A DNA stretch of 64,000 nucleotides, from assembly GCA_025359045.1 (NCBI GenBank), contig JANYHN010000028.1, forward strand, positions 8,473 through 72,472, read 5' to 3'. Positions within the stretch are counted from its first letter, which is position 1, and every line of letters starts with the position of its first letter. Shown in pieces: positions 9,754 through 19,627 of the stretch. A program made the translations under genes and the position numbers. Source of the DNA: Hyphomicrobiales bacterium. Lineage in GTDB: Bacteria; Pseudomonadota; Alphaproteobacteria; Rhizobiales; Aestuariivirgaceae. Under the pieces are notes generated by a model. The model did no database searches and had not been told where the DNA came from. It saw only the letters and a list, made by a program, of their open reading frames with translations.

Positions 9754-10604
9754 AAAAGTCCCTCGGGCAAAACCCCATCAAATTCATAAGCCACAGGCCC
9801 TGTCATCAAAATATGGCCATCGCTTTCACGAACCGCCATAAACAAGTCGCCACCAGGCAAAGTGATTTTACATTTGGCATCGATAATTTTAATACGGTGT
9901 CCCGCGGCCATAGTTGCGCAGGCTGCGGTGCCACAGGCTTTGGTCAATCCCGCGCCGCGCTCCCATACGCGCAAGATAACGTGATCACGTGCCACAACCT
10001 TGGCAAAGGAAATATTGGCACGTTCTGGAAACAACGGATGATTTTCGAGCATCGACCCCGCGCGACTTAAATCCACCACATCCAAATCATCGACCCAAAA
10101 GATACAATGCGGGTTTCCAACATTGACCACTGATGGCGAGTGGATGAGTGGGTGATCAATCGGGCCATATTGCATTTCAATGTGGCGTGTATCGGCAAAG
10201 GGTTCGGATAACGGAATGTCTTTCCAGCCAAATTTCGGCACACCTTGATCTATCGTGATCATTTTATCGCCAGCTTTGGAGGCAATCAAAACACCACCTT
10301 TGGTGCTTATCGTGGCCGTGTTTGTTTTATTCTCGTCAAACAGCAAATCAGCAATACAGCGCGAGGCGTTACCGCAGGATTGCACTTCTCCGCCTTCTGC
10401 ATTCCAAATGCGCATGCGCACATCGTAACCAGCCGATTTTTCGAGAACAATCAATTGGTCGCATCCAATTCCGGTTCTTCGATCTGCAATGGCTTTGGCT
10501 GCAATTTCCGAAATAACCAAAGCCCGGGCGCGCGCATCGAGCACGACAAAATCATTGCCTAGTCCGTTCATTTTACGGAAGGGGATTGGGGTTGCCAAAG
10601 TCAT
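9750..10604 (-). CDS. dapF: Diaminopimelate epimerase
   Basis: KMNGLGNDF, SCGNASRC, GNPH, ERGAGLTKACGTAAC. Confidence 0.97.
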   Translation of the reverse strand: MTLATPIPFRKMNGLGNDFVVLDARARALVISEIAAKAIADRRTGIGCDQLIVLEKSAGYDVRMRIWNAEGGEVQSCGNASRCIADLLFDENKTNTATISTKGGVLIASKAGDKMITIDQGVPKFGWKDIPLSEPFADTRHIEMQYGPIDHPLIHSPSVVNVGNPHCIFWVDDLDVVDLSRAGSMLENHPLFPERANISFAKVVARDHVILRVWERGAGLTKACGTAACATMAAGHRIKIIDAKCKITLPGGDLFMAVRESDGHILMTGPVAYEFDGVLPEGLL

Positions 10605-10611
10605 AAGGCGC

Positions 10612-10640
10612 TATATGGGGGGAAAACCGTCCAATCTCAA
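10612..10640 (-). promoter_or_regulatory. Putative sigma70 promoter of dapF, probably leaderless
   Basis: Minus strand TTGAGA-N17-CATATA ends 7 nt before the ATG at 10604; no SD sequence. Confidence 0.45.
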
Positions 10641-10652
10641 TCTGAAATGTCT

Positions 10653-11015
10653 TTATGCATCAGCTAGCTTTGGCCGCTTTTCCAGAACCCTTAAAACTTG
10701 AGCCAATTCATTGCCGCGCTTCAAGATGAGGCCACCTTGGGCAACTACCGAATAAAGACCATTTTTGCGAATCAGTCCGGGGGTTTTGACAATCTTGTAT
10801 AGCGGCTGCTCGCTGCTGCGCCGGAACACACTAAATCCTGCCGTTTCACGCCCAAAGTCGACCGCATAGTCGCGCCACTCGCCATTAGCGACGTGACGAC
10901 CATAAAGACCGAGAATCATGCACAACTCAGCGCGGTCGAACCGGATTTCTTTCGGCAAAGTTCCAGCAAACCGAAGCAAAACTGCGGTTTCACCCACTTG
11001 ATTCGTGCCGCTCAT
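10653..11015 (-). CDS. DUF2794 family protein
   Basis: FDRAEL..IL.LYGR.VA.GEWRDYA.D and LKRG.ELAQVLRV motifs; start set to the ATG at 11015 (the ORF-track extension is probably non-coding). Confidence 0.85.
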   Translation of the reverse strand: MSGTNQVGETAVLLRFAGTLPKEIRFDRAELCMILGLYGRHVANGEWRDYAVDFGRETAGFSVFRRSSEQPLYKIVKTPGLIRKNGLYSVVAQGGLILKRGNELAQVLRVLEKRPKLADA

Positions 11016-11132
11016 CGGACACCAACTGAAAAGCTTGTCATCACGCTGTAATATTGCCGCCGCAGCATCAATTTTGCAAGCAGGCAAAATTCCCCAGTTT
11101 TGCCGCAATTGCACCAAGTCTTCGACATGATA

Positions 11133-11305
11133 CAGGGGGATAGTTTAGATGTTGCCTCGACAGCCCGGCTGGTTTGCTTTGGTTTAAGCCCCCCAGCCCC
11201 CCGAAGCTGCTAATAACCGGCCGGGCCCCCTGTTTTATAAGACGAGAGTTAGTCTGTGTGTTTGTTAAGTTTTAAGGCGGCTGCCGTTGCAGTCGCCCTT
11301 TTTTT
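11133..11305 (+). ncRNA. Candidate structured small RNA with a C-rich apical loop and intrinsic terminator
   Basis: Nested stems 11133-39/11226-32, 11163-74/11215-26 and GCTTTGG/CCGAAGC around loop TTTAAGCCCCCCAGCCCC; no ORF; terminator at 11276-11305. Confidence 0.55.
11276..11305 (+). terminator. Rho-independent terminator
   Basis: GGCGGCTGC-CGTT-GCAGTCGCC followed by C and T7. Confidence 0.85.
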
Positions 11306-11317
11306 GTTCGATAGAGA

Positions 11318-11346
11318 CTTGACGAAGCGGCGGTGATTTCCAATAT
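11318..11346 (+). promoter_or_regulatory. RpoH (sigma32) promoter of htpG
   Basis: CTTGAC-N16-CCAATAT matches the alphaproteobacterial RpoH consensus, upstream of a chaperone gene. Confidence 0.75.
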
Positions 11347-11372
11347 CCACGTCCAGCAAACTGGGAACCACC

Positions 11373-13238
11373 ATGGCAAAATCGGCGACAAAAAAATCTG
11401 AACAATCGGCAAAACCACAAGCCTTCCAAGCAGAGGTGGGCAAGCTGCTGCATATGATGGTACATTCGGTTTATTCTGACCGGGATGTGTTTTTACGCGA
11501 ATTAATTTCAAATGCATCTGATGCCTTAGATAAACTTCGCTATGAAGCGATAGCCAATCCCGGGCTTTTGGAAAATGACGCCAAGCTCGAGATCACCCTG
11601 ATGCCTGACAAGGCGGCCAAGACTCTAACAATCAGCGACGGTGGAGTTGGCATGTCCGCTGATGAGCTCAGCGACAATCTCGGAATCATTGCCAAATCTG
11701 GCACGCAAGCCTTCGTGGAAAAAATCAAGGATGCACCAAGCTTAATTGGACAGTTCGGTGTTGGTTTTTATGCAGCCTTTATGGTGGCATCAAAAGTTGA
11801 AGTGTTCTCCCGCAAGGCAGGTTCGAATGACGGTCATGTGTGGACGTCCGATGGTGAAGGCACTTTCACCGTGGCCCCTGCCGCTGATCTTTCACGTGGC
11901 ACGAAAATCGTTTTGCATCTTCGCGATGATGCGAGTGATTATCTTGAGGATTGGAAACTTGAAGAGGTTGTGCGCTCTTATTCCGATCACATCGCCCACC
12001 CGATCATGTTGCAAGGTGAGGGCGATGCGCGTCAGATCAATTCAGCAAGTGCAATTTGGATGCGCTCTAAGAGTGAAGTAACCGCTGAACAACACAAAGA
12101 ATTCTTTGGCATTCTCAGTCACTCAGCGGAAGCGCCAGCTCTAACAATCCATTACCGCGCTGAGGGTCGTCAAGAATACAACGTGTTGCTTTATGTGCCG
12201 GGTGAAAGGCCTTTTGATCTTTATGATCCAGAGCGGAAGGGCAAACAGAAACTTTATGTGAAGCGCGTATTTATTGCTGATGATGCAGCGCTCTTGCCGC
12301 CCTATTTGCGCTTTGTGCGCGGGGTGATTGACAGCGCCGATATGCCGCTCAATCTGTCACGTGAAATGCTGCAGAATAATCCTGATGTGGCCGTCATCCG
12401 CAAGGCTGTGACCAACCGGGTTTTAAGTGAGTTCAAAAAATGCGCCGAAACAGAACCTGAGACCTTCAAAAAAATCTGGACTGTATTTGGGCCCGTGATC
12501 AAGGAAGGACTTTATGAGGACTATGAGCGCCGCGATCAATTGTTTGAGGTGGCACGCTTTAGCACAACAACGCGCGAAAATATTACGTTAAAAGATTACA
12601 TTGCTGATCTCAAAGAAAATCAGACCGCAATATACTACCTCACCGCTGAAGATCCCAATAAAGCCAAATCGAGCCCGCAGCTTGAAGGTTATAAGTCGCG
12701 TGATGTTGAGGTGCTCTTGCTAACCGATCCAGTAGACAGCTTTTGGGTACGCACGGCTTTGGGCTTTGATGGCAAACCGTTTAAGTCAGTGGCTCAGGGT
12801 ACAGCTGATCTTGATTTGATTGAGGCAAAAGATCAACCAGATGCCAGCAAAGCTGATGAACCTGCTGCTGCAAATTTGGTTTCAGCATTCAAAGAAGTTT
12901 TGGGCGCCCGCGTTTCTGATGTACGCATTTCCAAGCGTTTGACTGATAGCGCTGTATGCTTGGTCAATGATGGCCAAATGGATCGGACTTTAGAAAAACT
13001 TCTTTCACGCCAAGCCGATTCAGGTGTTGCGGTAAGTGCACCCGTTTTGGAGATCAATGCGGGTCATGATTTGATCAAGGCATTGGCCAAACTAGCTCAG
13101 AATAAAGGTGCTTCGTCAGTTGACGACGCGGCGCATTTACTGCTCGATCAAGCTTTCATGCTGGAAGGTGAAGTCGTGGCCGAACCCAATGATTTCGCTA
13201 AGCGCCTTGCTAAAGTCATGATTACGGCTTTCGGCTGA
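11373..13238 (+). CDS. htpG: Molecular chaperone HtpG (Hsp90)
   Basis: FLRELISNASDALDKLR, IGQFGVGFY, LPLN-like MPLNLSREMLQ. Confidence 0.97.
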   Translation: MAKSATKKSEQSAKPQAFQAEVGKLLHMMVHSVYSDRDVFLRELISNASDALDKLRYEAIANPGLLENDAKLEITLMPDKAAKTLTISDGGVGMSADELSDNLGIIAKSGTQAFVEKIKDAPSLIGQFGVGFYAAFMVASKVEVFSRKAGSNDGHVWTSDGEGTFTVAPAADLSRGTKIVLHLRDDASDYLEDWKLEEVVRSYSDHIAHPIMLQGEGDARQINSASAIWMRSKSEVTAEQHKEFFGILSHSAEAPALTIHYRAEGRQEYNVLLYVPGERPFDLYDPERKGKQKLYVKRVFIADDAALLPPYLRFVRGVIDSADMPLNLSREMLQNNPDVAVIRKAVTNRVLSEFKKCAETEPETFKKIWTVFGPVIKEGLYEDYERRDQLFEVARFSTTTRENITLKDYIADLKENQTAIYYLTAEDPNKAKSSPQLEGYKSRDVEVLLLTDPVDSFWVRTALGFDGKPFKSVAQGTADLDLIEAKDQPDASKADEPAAANLVSAFKEVLGARVSDVRISKRLTDSAVCLVNDGQMDRTLEKLLSRQADSGVAVSAPVLEINAGHDLIKALAKLAQNKGASSVDDAAHLLLDQAFMLEGEVVAEPNDFAKRLAKVMITAFG

Positions 13239-13998
13239 CGTCAGGAGCAATATCCAAGACACTCGTGCCTTTGCTGCGCGCAATTGCCTTTTGCAGAAGG
13301 CGCATTGCATTAGCGAAGGCCGACTGCGGCGATTCGCTTAAAAGACCCGATAGATAAAGCCCCGATAGAAAGTCCCCTGTGCCGTTGGGAACCTTTGCTT
13401 CAATTGGCGCTGTAATTGTTTCGACCTGTTCCCGAGAAATACGAAGCGTTGAAAGCTCAGAAGCGGATTTCACCACTGATGTTGCAATCAGGTCCACAAC
13501 CTTAAGACTCTGCGCGGCTCGAATAGCTTGTTCACGATTTTCAGTTGGAAGCCCTGTAAGCCATGAAAGCTCAAAAGCATTGGGTGTTAAGATCGTGGCC
13601 AGTGGCACCAGTTGATCTCGAATAGCTTCCGCAACAACTTGCCCCACATAAAGTTTGCCGTGATCACCCAGTACGGGATCAACCAATACAATTTTGCACT
13701 TCAGCCGCGCGATGAGTGCCGCAAAGATTTGAATTTGTTCAGCACTTGCGAAATAACCGGTGATCACCGCATCAAGATTTTCGAAGGCGCCTAACTTTTC
13801 GAGCGCAGAAATCAGTGCTGCCAATTCTGAAGCAGCAGTAGCTCTGCCCTCCGGCTTACCGTGGCCAGGATGATTTGAGAGCAGGATTGTTGGGAGGGCT
13901 AAAACTTCATGGCCTCCGCTTTGCAAGGCGGGCACAATGCAATTGAGACCGACGGGGCCGTAAACCACTTGTGACGAGATCGCAAGCACGCGCGCCAT
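13222..13998 (-). CDS. pdxK: Pyridoxal/pyridoxamine kinase
   Basis: ISSQVVYGPVG, LSNHPG, DPVLGDHG.LYV, TPNAFEL, NGTGD. Confidence 0.88.
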   Translation of the reverse strand: MARVLAISSQVVYGPVGLNCIVPALQSGGHEVLALPTILLSNHPGHGKPEGRATAASELAALISALEKLGAFENLDAVITGYFASAEQIQIFAALIARLKCKIVLVDPVLGDHGKLYVGQVVAEAIRDQLVPLATILTPNAFELSWLTGLPTENREQAIRAAQSLKVVDLIATSVVKSASELSTLRISREQVETITAPIEAKVPNGTGDFLSGLYLSGLLSESPQSAFANAMRLLQKAIARSKGTSVLDIAPDVSRKP

Positions 13999-14000
13999 GT

Positions 14001-14948
14001 TTAAATTACTCCGATATCCATGAGATAGAGCAGCACAGAAGCGGTGATGGCCGCAAGGCCAGTTCCAAAGGCGATGGCACCCGATATGGCGGGCACGCCC
14101 TCATCGTTTTTCTGTGCAAACAAAAAGGCATTGGCACCCGAAGGCATAGCCGCAAACAATACCGCAATTTTTGACCAGAGTGGCGCTAATACAAAGACAT
14201 TATGACTGAGCACGAACACAACAATCGGCATGAAGATCATTTTAAGGCCGATGAGCGCAAACATGCCAGAACCAGACCCGCGCAAGGAATAAGCCGAAAG
14301 CGAGCAACCAAGGGCAAAAAGAGCTGTGGGGATTGAAGCATCAGCCAGCATACTCAGCATTTTATCAGCGACAGGATGAAGACCAAGATTTGTGATGCGC
14401 CAAAGGCTTCCCGCAATCAGCGCCATAACAATTGCATTCTGTGCAAGATTGATCACCAATTCGCGCCCGGTTTTTTGAAACGAGAAATCCCCCGAATGGC
14501 GGGCTAATTCGCGGTGCATGGTGGCTGAGAACCATAAGATTGGTGCGTGGATGGAAAGGATCAAACCCAGAGGCACTGCAACTGATTGGCCAAAATGGGC
14601 CAAGGCCAGGGGAGTCCCCAACATGGCCAAATTGCCAAAGCTGGCGGCCATCGAAGATGTAGCACCACCGCTGTAATTTAAACTGGGTATAAAACGCGAG
14701 GTTATGGCTGCTGCTAACCATGTACAGGCGATGCCGCCATAATAGACAGCCCATAAATTCCATGGCGCCGCATCAGCAGAATTAAGTGTGGCCATGGTTT
14801 TAAAAAGCAGAGCCGGAATAGCAACGTTAAAAACAAACAGGCTAAGACCACGGCTTGCCGCGCCATCAATGATATTGGCTTTGGCAAACCCATAACCCAG
14901 CACAATCATCCCAAAGACGGGAAGAACCGTGATGAAAATGGTGTCCAA
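14001..14948 (-). CDS. AEC (auxin efflux carrier-like) family transporter
   Basis: About 10 TM helices; FVFNVAIPALLF, FGNLAMLGTP, AMPSGAN. Confidence 0.88.
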   Translation of the reverse strand: MDTIFITVLPVFGMIVLGYGFAKANIIDGAASRGLSLFVFNVAIPALLFKTMATLNSADAAPWNLWAVYYGGIACTWLAAAITSRFIPSLNYSGGATSSMAASFGNLAMLGTPLALAHFGQSVAVPLGLILSIHAPILWFSATMHRELARHSGDFSFQKTGRELVINLAQNAIVMALIAGSLWRITNLGLHPVADKMLSMLADASIPTALFALGCSLSAYSLRGSGSGMFALIGLKMIFMPIVVFVLSHNVFVLAPLWSKIAVLFAAMPSGANAFLFAQKNDEGVPAISGAIAFGTGLAAITASVLLYLMDIGVI

Positions 14949-14951
14949 GAA

Positions 14952-15557
14952 TTAAAGCCAAGGATGAGAAGCGGTGTTCTTCTTCTCGAAAGTGGAAATT
15001 GAATCTGCCTTCTCCATGGTAAGGCCAATGTCATCAAGGCCGTTCAACATGCAATGTTTGCGGAAAGCATCAACGTTAAACTTGATGGTTCCTCCATCGG
15101 GGCCGCGGATTTCCTGATTTGGAAGATCAATGGTCATCGTGGCGTTGGAACCGCGCTGAGCATCATCGAGAAGTTTCTTCTGATCTTCTGCCGAAACCAC
15201 GATTGGCAAAATGCCGTTCTTGAAACAGTTGTTGTAAAAAATATCAGCAAAGCTTGTGGCAATCACGCAGCGTATACCAAAATCAAGCAGCGCCCATGGG
15301 GCATGCTCCCGAGATGAGCCACAACCAAAATTATCACCAGCAACCAAAATTTCCGCCTTGCGATAAGCTGGTTGGTTCAAAACAAAATCTGGCAGTTCCT
15401 TACCTTCTTGGGTGTAGCGCATTTCATAAAACAGCGATTTGCCAAGACCTGTGCGCTTGATGGTTTTGAGGAACTGCTTCGGAATGATCATATCGGTATC
15501 GATATTCGTAATGTTCATAGGCGCTGCAACACCGGTCAACGTATCAAATTTTTGCAT
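14952..15557 (-). CDS. leuD: 3-isopropylmalate dehydratase small subunit
   Basis: [28 protein letters not shown]. Confidence 0.98.
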   Translation of the reverse strand: MQKFDTLTGVAAPMNITNIDTDMIIPKQFLKTIKRTGLGKSLFYEMRYTQEGKELPDFVLNQPAYRKAEILVAGDNFGCGSSREHAPWALLDFGIRCVIATSFADIFYNNCFKNGILPIVVSAEDQKKLLDDAQRGSNATMTIDLPNQEIRGPDGGTIKFNVDAFRKHCMLNGLDDIGLTMEKADSISTFEKKNTASHPWL

Positions 15558-15566
15558 GATGGTTCC

Positions 15567-16523
15567 TTAAATAAGATCGACAGCCAGTGCTTCGTCAGCA
15601 CCGATCATCAAATTGAGATTTTGTACTGCGGCACCTGATGCGCCTTTGCCAAGATTATCGTAGATCGACATGATCAAAACCTGACCACGCACTTCATTGG
15701 CCAAAACATGAAGGCGCATTTGATTTGTGTTGTTCAAGCCTTGAGGATCAAGCATTGGCGAACGTTCAATTGATTCAAGCGGTGCAACCGAAACAAATTT
15801 TGATTTAGCAAAATAGTTGCTGAGCGTTTTGTGAATCTTCGCTGCTGTCGTTCCCTTCGTCATGCCTTTGAGGAACAGTGGCACACAGCCCATCATGCCT
15901 TGCGCATAATTGCCAACGGCCGGTTGAAAGATCACATCGCGTTTTAGGCCTGTATAATATTTCATTTCAGGCAAATGCTTGTGATTAAACGTCAGACCAT
16001 AAGGCATAAAGGGTGAGGCCGCAGCACCCCGGGCCACATACTCTTCAACCATTTTCCGACCACCACCCGTGTATCCAGAAATCGCATTATAAGTGACAGG
16101 GTAATTTGCAGGCATCAAACCTTTGTCAAGCAGAGGTTTGATGGAGGCAATCAACCCTTGCGGATAACAACCGGGGTTCGACACAAATTTGGCCTTAGCA
16201 ATGCGAGCGCGCTGCTTGGAATCCAGCTCGGCAAAGCCATAAGCCCATTTGGGGTCAACACGGTAAGCGGTTGAAGCATCAATCACGCGTGTTTTGGATT
16301 TTTTATCAATCAGCGAAACCGCTTCAATGGCTGCATCATCTGGCAAGCACAGGATTGCCACATCAACTGAATTGAGCAAAGCTCGCCGCGCTTCCGGATC
16401 TTTCCGCTTATCAGCAGCAATTGAAACCAGCTCGATATCACTGCGGTTTTTCAAACGATCCCGGATCTGCAATCCTGTGGTGCCCGCTTCGCCGTCAATA
16501 AATATAGTGGGTTTGGTGTTCAT
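15567..16523 (-). CDS. argC: N-acetyl-gamma-glutamyl-phosphate reductase, non-canonical type
   Basis: [41 protein letters not shown]; start set to the ATG at 16523. Confidence 0.95.
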   Translation of the reverse strand: MNTKPTIFIDGEAGTTGLQIRDRLKNRSDIELVSIAADKRKDPEARRALLNSVDVAILCLPDDAAIEAVSLIDKKSKTRVIDASTAYRVDPKWAYGFAELDSKQRARIAKAKFVSNPGCYPQGLIASIKPLLDKGLMPANYPVTYNAISGYTGGGRKMVEEYVARGAAASPFMPYGLTFNHKHLPEMKYYTGLKRDVIFQPAVGNYAQGMMGCVPLFLKGMTKGTTAAKIHKTLSNYFAKSKFVSVAPLESIERSPMLDPQGLNNTNQMRLHVLANEVRGQVLIMSIYDNLGKGASGAAVQNLNLMIGADEALAVDLI

Positions 16524-16678
16524 GAACGGGCTTCTACAGGCTGTCAGCGGCCATTTCAATATGAACGGCAGATTAATGGCTTCCTCAGATCGGGTTCAGC
16601 ACCCATGCTTCATAAGGGTCACATCAACGGTGATGAACACCGCAAAACAGATGAAACGCTAACAAAAGGAATTAAACC

Positions 16679-16999
16679 ATGATCCGCAAGTCACTTATCG
16701 CTCTCGCAACTGTATCAGCCTTGGCCGTTGGCTTTGGCGCATCTTCGGCCAAGGCCGACAGCTTTGACATTGGCCTGGGCTTTGGCTCGGGAGGCATTAC
16801 CTCCGGTAGCTTCGGCATCCATTCAGGCTATGGCGGCTACGGCCATGGTTATGGATATGGCCACGGTTATGGTCATGGCTATTATGATGCTGGCTATGAT
16901 GATGGCGATTGTGGCTATCAGATCATACAAAAGAAAGTTTGGAACGCTTGGCACACCCACAAAATCTGGGTCGCGAAGAAAGTTTGGACTTGCTACTAA
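16679..16999 (+). CDS. Secreted Gly/Tyr/His-rich small protein
   Basis: Signal peptide ending A-K-A, (GYGHGY)n repeats, C-terminal segment bounded by two Cys; AAGGA SD. Confidence 0.8.
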   Translation: MIRKSLIALATVSALAVGFGASSAKADSFDIGLGFGSGGITSGSFGIHSGYGGYGHGYGYGHGYGHGYYDAGYDDGDCGYQIIQKKVWNAWHTHKIWVAKKVWTCY

Positions 17000-17024
17000 G
17001 TCCGTCGGCCTAAAATAAATTCAG

Positions 17025-17052
17025 TCCGGCTGCGTGATCTCACGTGGCCGGA
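17025..17052. terminator. Bidirectional terminator between convergent small genes
   Basis: TCCGGCTGCGTGA / TCACGTGGCCGGA hairpin with A-rich left flank and T-rich right flank. Confidence 0.7.
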
Positions 17053-17057
17053 TTTAT

Positions 17058-17210
17058 TTATTGGCAGTTATATAAGCAAGTAGCAGGATTTGCATTCATC
17101 GCTTGGACAGTGGTGAAGCCCGTAAGCACACCCGCCATAACTGTCAGGCCAACAAGACCAAAAAACACGCGGCGCAAAAACTTTGCATCAGCAACAACAG
17201 CAGAACTCAT
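17058..17210 (-). CDS. Small membrane/secreted protein, 50 aa (absent from ORF track)
   Basis: MSSAVVADAKFLRRVFFGLVGLTVMAGVLTGFTTVQAMNANPATCLYNCQ; GGGAG SD 5 nt upstream; ends at the bidirectional terminator. Confidence 0.65.
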   Translation of the reverse strand: MSSAVVADAKFLRRVFFGLVGLTVMAGVLTGFTTVQAMNANPATCLYNCQ

Positions 17211-17323
17211 ATTAACTCCCCCGGCTTAAACGCGCCAACTGACCAATTTCCAGAATCAGCTTAACTGCGTGATCGTTTCAATAACGTAAACGAGACGTGA
17301 ATCAATTCCAAAAAAATTTAAGC

Positions 17324-18733
17324 TTAATTCTGTTGCCGAATGTCCACAAAACGACCCGCAAGTGCAGCCGCAGCCGCCATTTGCGGTGAAACCAGATGGG
17401 TGCGGCCCTTATAGCCCTGTCTTCCCTCAAAATTACGGTTCGACGTGGAAGCCGCGCGTTGGCCCGGTTTTAACTGGTCAGGGTTCATAGCCAAGCACAT
17501 GGAGCAGCCTGGTTCGCGCCACTCAAAGCCCGCATCCAGAAAAATCTTGTCCAAACCTTCAGCTTCGGCCATTTCCTTGACCAAGCCCGAACCTGGAACA
17601 ATCATTGCATAATCCAGCGAGGCCGCAATTTTCTTGCCCTTCACCACATCAGCCACAGCGCGCATATCCTCAATGCGGCCATTGGTGCACGATCCAATCC
17701 AGATGACATCAAGCGGAATATCAATAATCTTTTGGCCCGCTTTCAGGCCCATATATTCAAGTGCGCGAAACTTGGATTGGCGCTTGCCTTCATCTTCAAT
17801 TAGCGATGGATCAGGAACCGCCCCTGCCACTGATACCACGTCTTCAGGCGATGTGCCCCATGAAACGATCGGCGGCAGATTGGCAGCGTCCAATGTTACG
17901 ATGCGGTCAAAATGTGCACCCTCGTCGGAATGCAACGTGGCCCAATAAGCCATGGCCTTATCCCAATCGGCACCTTTTGGTGCGCGAGGCTTGCCTTTTA
18001 GATATTCAAACGCCTTAGCATCTGGTGCAATCAGACCAGCGCGCGCGCCACCCTCAATCGTCATATTGCAAACCGTCATGCGGCCTTCCATCGAAAGGTC
18101 GCGGATGGCTTCACCACAAAATTCAATGACTGAACCGGTGCCGCCTGCGGTTCCAATTTCGCCGATGATGGCAAGGATAATGTCTTTTGCTGTGGAATGC
18201 TTGGCCAGCTTGCCATTCACTTCCACTTTCATGTTCTTGGCTTTTTTCTGGATCAGCGTTTGCGTGGCCAAAACATGTTCCACTTCTGATGTGCCGATGC
18301 CGTGGGCCAATGCGCCGAATGCACCATGCGTCGAAGTGTGGCTGTCGCCGCAGACAATCGTGGTGCCGGGCAGTGTGAAACCTTGCTCAGGCCCAACCAC
18401 ATGCACAATGCCTTGGCGCTTATCCATTTCATCGAAATAAGTGATGCCGAATTCTTTCGCATTATTGGCAAGCGCTTCAACCTGCAAACGGCTTTCAGTT
18501 TCAGCAATCCCTTTTGAGCGATCAGTAGTCGGCACATTATGGTCAACCACAGCCAGCGTCTTTTCCGGATGACGCACCTCGCGCCCCGTCATGCGCAAAC
18601 CTTCAAAAGCCTGTGGGGAGGTTACTTCATGCACCAAATGCCGATCAATATAAAGAAGGCACGTGCCATCATCAGCCTGATGGGCGACGTGATCATCCCA
18701 GATTTTATCATATAAAGTGCGTGCTTTTGCCAT
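17324..18733 (-). CDS. leuC: 3-isopropylmalate dehydratase large subunit
   Basis: [43 protein letters not shown]; start set to the ATG at 18733. Confidence 0.98.
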   Translation of the reverse strand: MAKARTLYDKIWDDHVAHQADDGTCLLYIDRHLVHEVTSPQAFEGLRMTGREVRHPEKTLAVVDHNVPTTDRSKGIAETESRLQVEALANNAKEFGITYFDEMDKRQGIVHVVGPEQGFTLPGTTIVCGDSHTSTHGAFGALAHGIGTSEVEHVLATQTLIQKKAKNMKVEVNGKLAKHSTAKDIILAIIGEIGTAGGTGSVIEFCGEAIRDLSMEGRMTVCNMTIEGGARAGLIAPDAKAFEYLKGKPRAPKGADWDKAMAYWATLHSDEGAHFDRIVTLDAANLPPIVSWGTSPEDVVSVAGAVPDPSLIEDEGKRQSKFRALEYMGLKAGQKIIDIPLDVIWIGSCTNGRIEDMRAVADVVKGKKIAASLDYAMIVPGSGLVKEMAEAEGLDKIFLDAGFEWREPGCSMCLAMNPDQLKPGQRAASTSNRNFEGRQGYKGRTHLVSPQMAAAAALAGRFVDIRQQN

Positions 18734-18849
18734 GGTATTTCTCGCGGTGATGTAGCTTGGAGCGGTATTTAGCGCGTGGAGCGCTGGTGTCAAATGTTGG
18801 TTCGCCAAGAGGCATTTGCAACGCATTCAAAGCTGGCAATGTCTGAAAT

Positions 18850-18880
18850 AAAAAAGGCCAGTCTCGCGAGCTGGCCTTCT
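18850..18880 (-). terminator. Rho-independent terminator of rplS
   Basis: AAGGCCAG...CTGGCCTT hairpin with a T-tract on the minus strand. Confidence 0.75.
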
Positions 18881-18900
18881 TCAATTCAATATCTAAAGCT

Positions 18901-19572
18901 TCAAGCCTTAGCGGCTTCAGCAGCCTTTTGATCGATCTTCGCCCGTGGGGCTTTGCCAGCAACCAATTCCTTGGCTTGAGTAACCCATTCTTCGCGCTTG
19001 GACTTGCCTTTGAGGCCCAACTTTTCGTCAAGGGCGAAAATTTGCTCGTCGTTCATTTCTGCAATTTGGTTCAAGGATGTGATGCCTTCGGCGATCAGTT
19101 GATCCTTGATCTTTGGGCCGACGCCCGCGATCAACGACACATCATCATGTGCAACCGGAGCCAAATCTTTCACTTCAGCTGGCGAAGATTTTGGCAAAAC
19201 GGCGCCTGCAAACTTGGTCAGCTTTTCAGTGATACGTGCGCGCTTGCCTGTGAGACCCTTGAGGTAATACAGCTTGGCACGACGCACCTTACCACGGCGG
19301 ATCACCTTGATTGAATCAATCATCGGTGAATAGACCGGGAAAATACGCTCCACACCTTCGCCATAAGACATTTTGCGAACCGTGAAGTTTTCGTTGATGC
19401 CGCCGCCGGAGCGACCGATTACCAAACCTTCATAGGCCTGGATACGGCTGCGTTCGCCTTCCACAACCTTAACATTTACAATCACCGTATCGCCGGGGGC
19501 GAAATCGGGAACCTGGCGCTTGGCAGAAACAATGGCCATTTGCTCTTTTTCAAGCTGCGCAATGATATTCAT
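18901..19572 (-). CDS. rplS: 50S ribosomal protein L19 with a C-terminal helix-hairpin-helix domain
   Basis: L19 core ([31 protein letters not shown]) plus about 100 extra aa containing [12 protein letters not shown]...[10 protein letters not shown]. Confidence 0.95.
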   Translation of the reverse strand: MNIIAQLEKEQMAIVSAKRQVPDFAPGDTVIVNVKVVEGERSRIQAYEGLVIGRSGGGINENFTVRKMSYGEGVERIFPVYSPMIDSIKVIRRGKVRRAKLYYLKGLTGKRARITEKLTKFAGAVLPKSSPAEVKDLAPVAHDDVSLIAGVGPKIKDQLIAEGITSLNQIAEMNDEQIFALDEKLGLKGKSKREEWVTQAKELVAGKAPRAKIDQKAAEAAKA

Positions 19573-19627
19573 GATACTCAATCCTATTTTCGAAGTTGGG
19601 GGCCTTTAACCTGTAAATTTGGATAAA

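Noticed and set aside
11133-11305. Identity of the hairpin RNA as 6S RNA, SRP RNA or tmRNA
   Set aside because: No SRP GGAA tetraloop/AGCAG motif, no tmRNA tag frame or tRNA-like ends, no ygfA context; left as an unassigned candidate.
16562-16576. TGAA-N7-TTAA as a CtrA site upstream of the Gly-rich gene
   Set aside because: One mismatch, 100 nt from the start and unsupported; could be chance.
16830-16900. Tandem DNA repeat or CRISPR-like array
   Set aside because: Repetition is at the protein level (GYGHGY) with synonymous variation; no repeat-spacer structure and no cas genes.
18734-18826. N-terminal extensions in the ORF track for leuC (also argC, DUF2794, tesA, nrdJ, GcvT-like, tusA, MFS)
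   Set aside because: Artefacts of taking the most upstream start codon; family homology begins at the internal ATGs used above.
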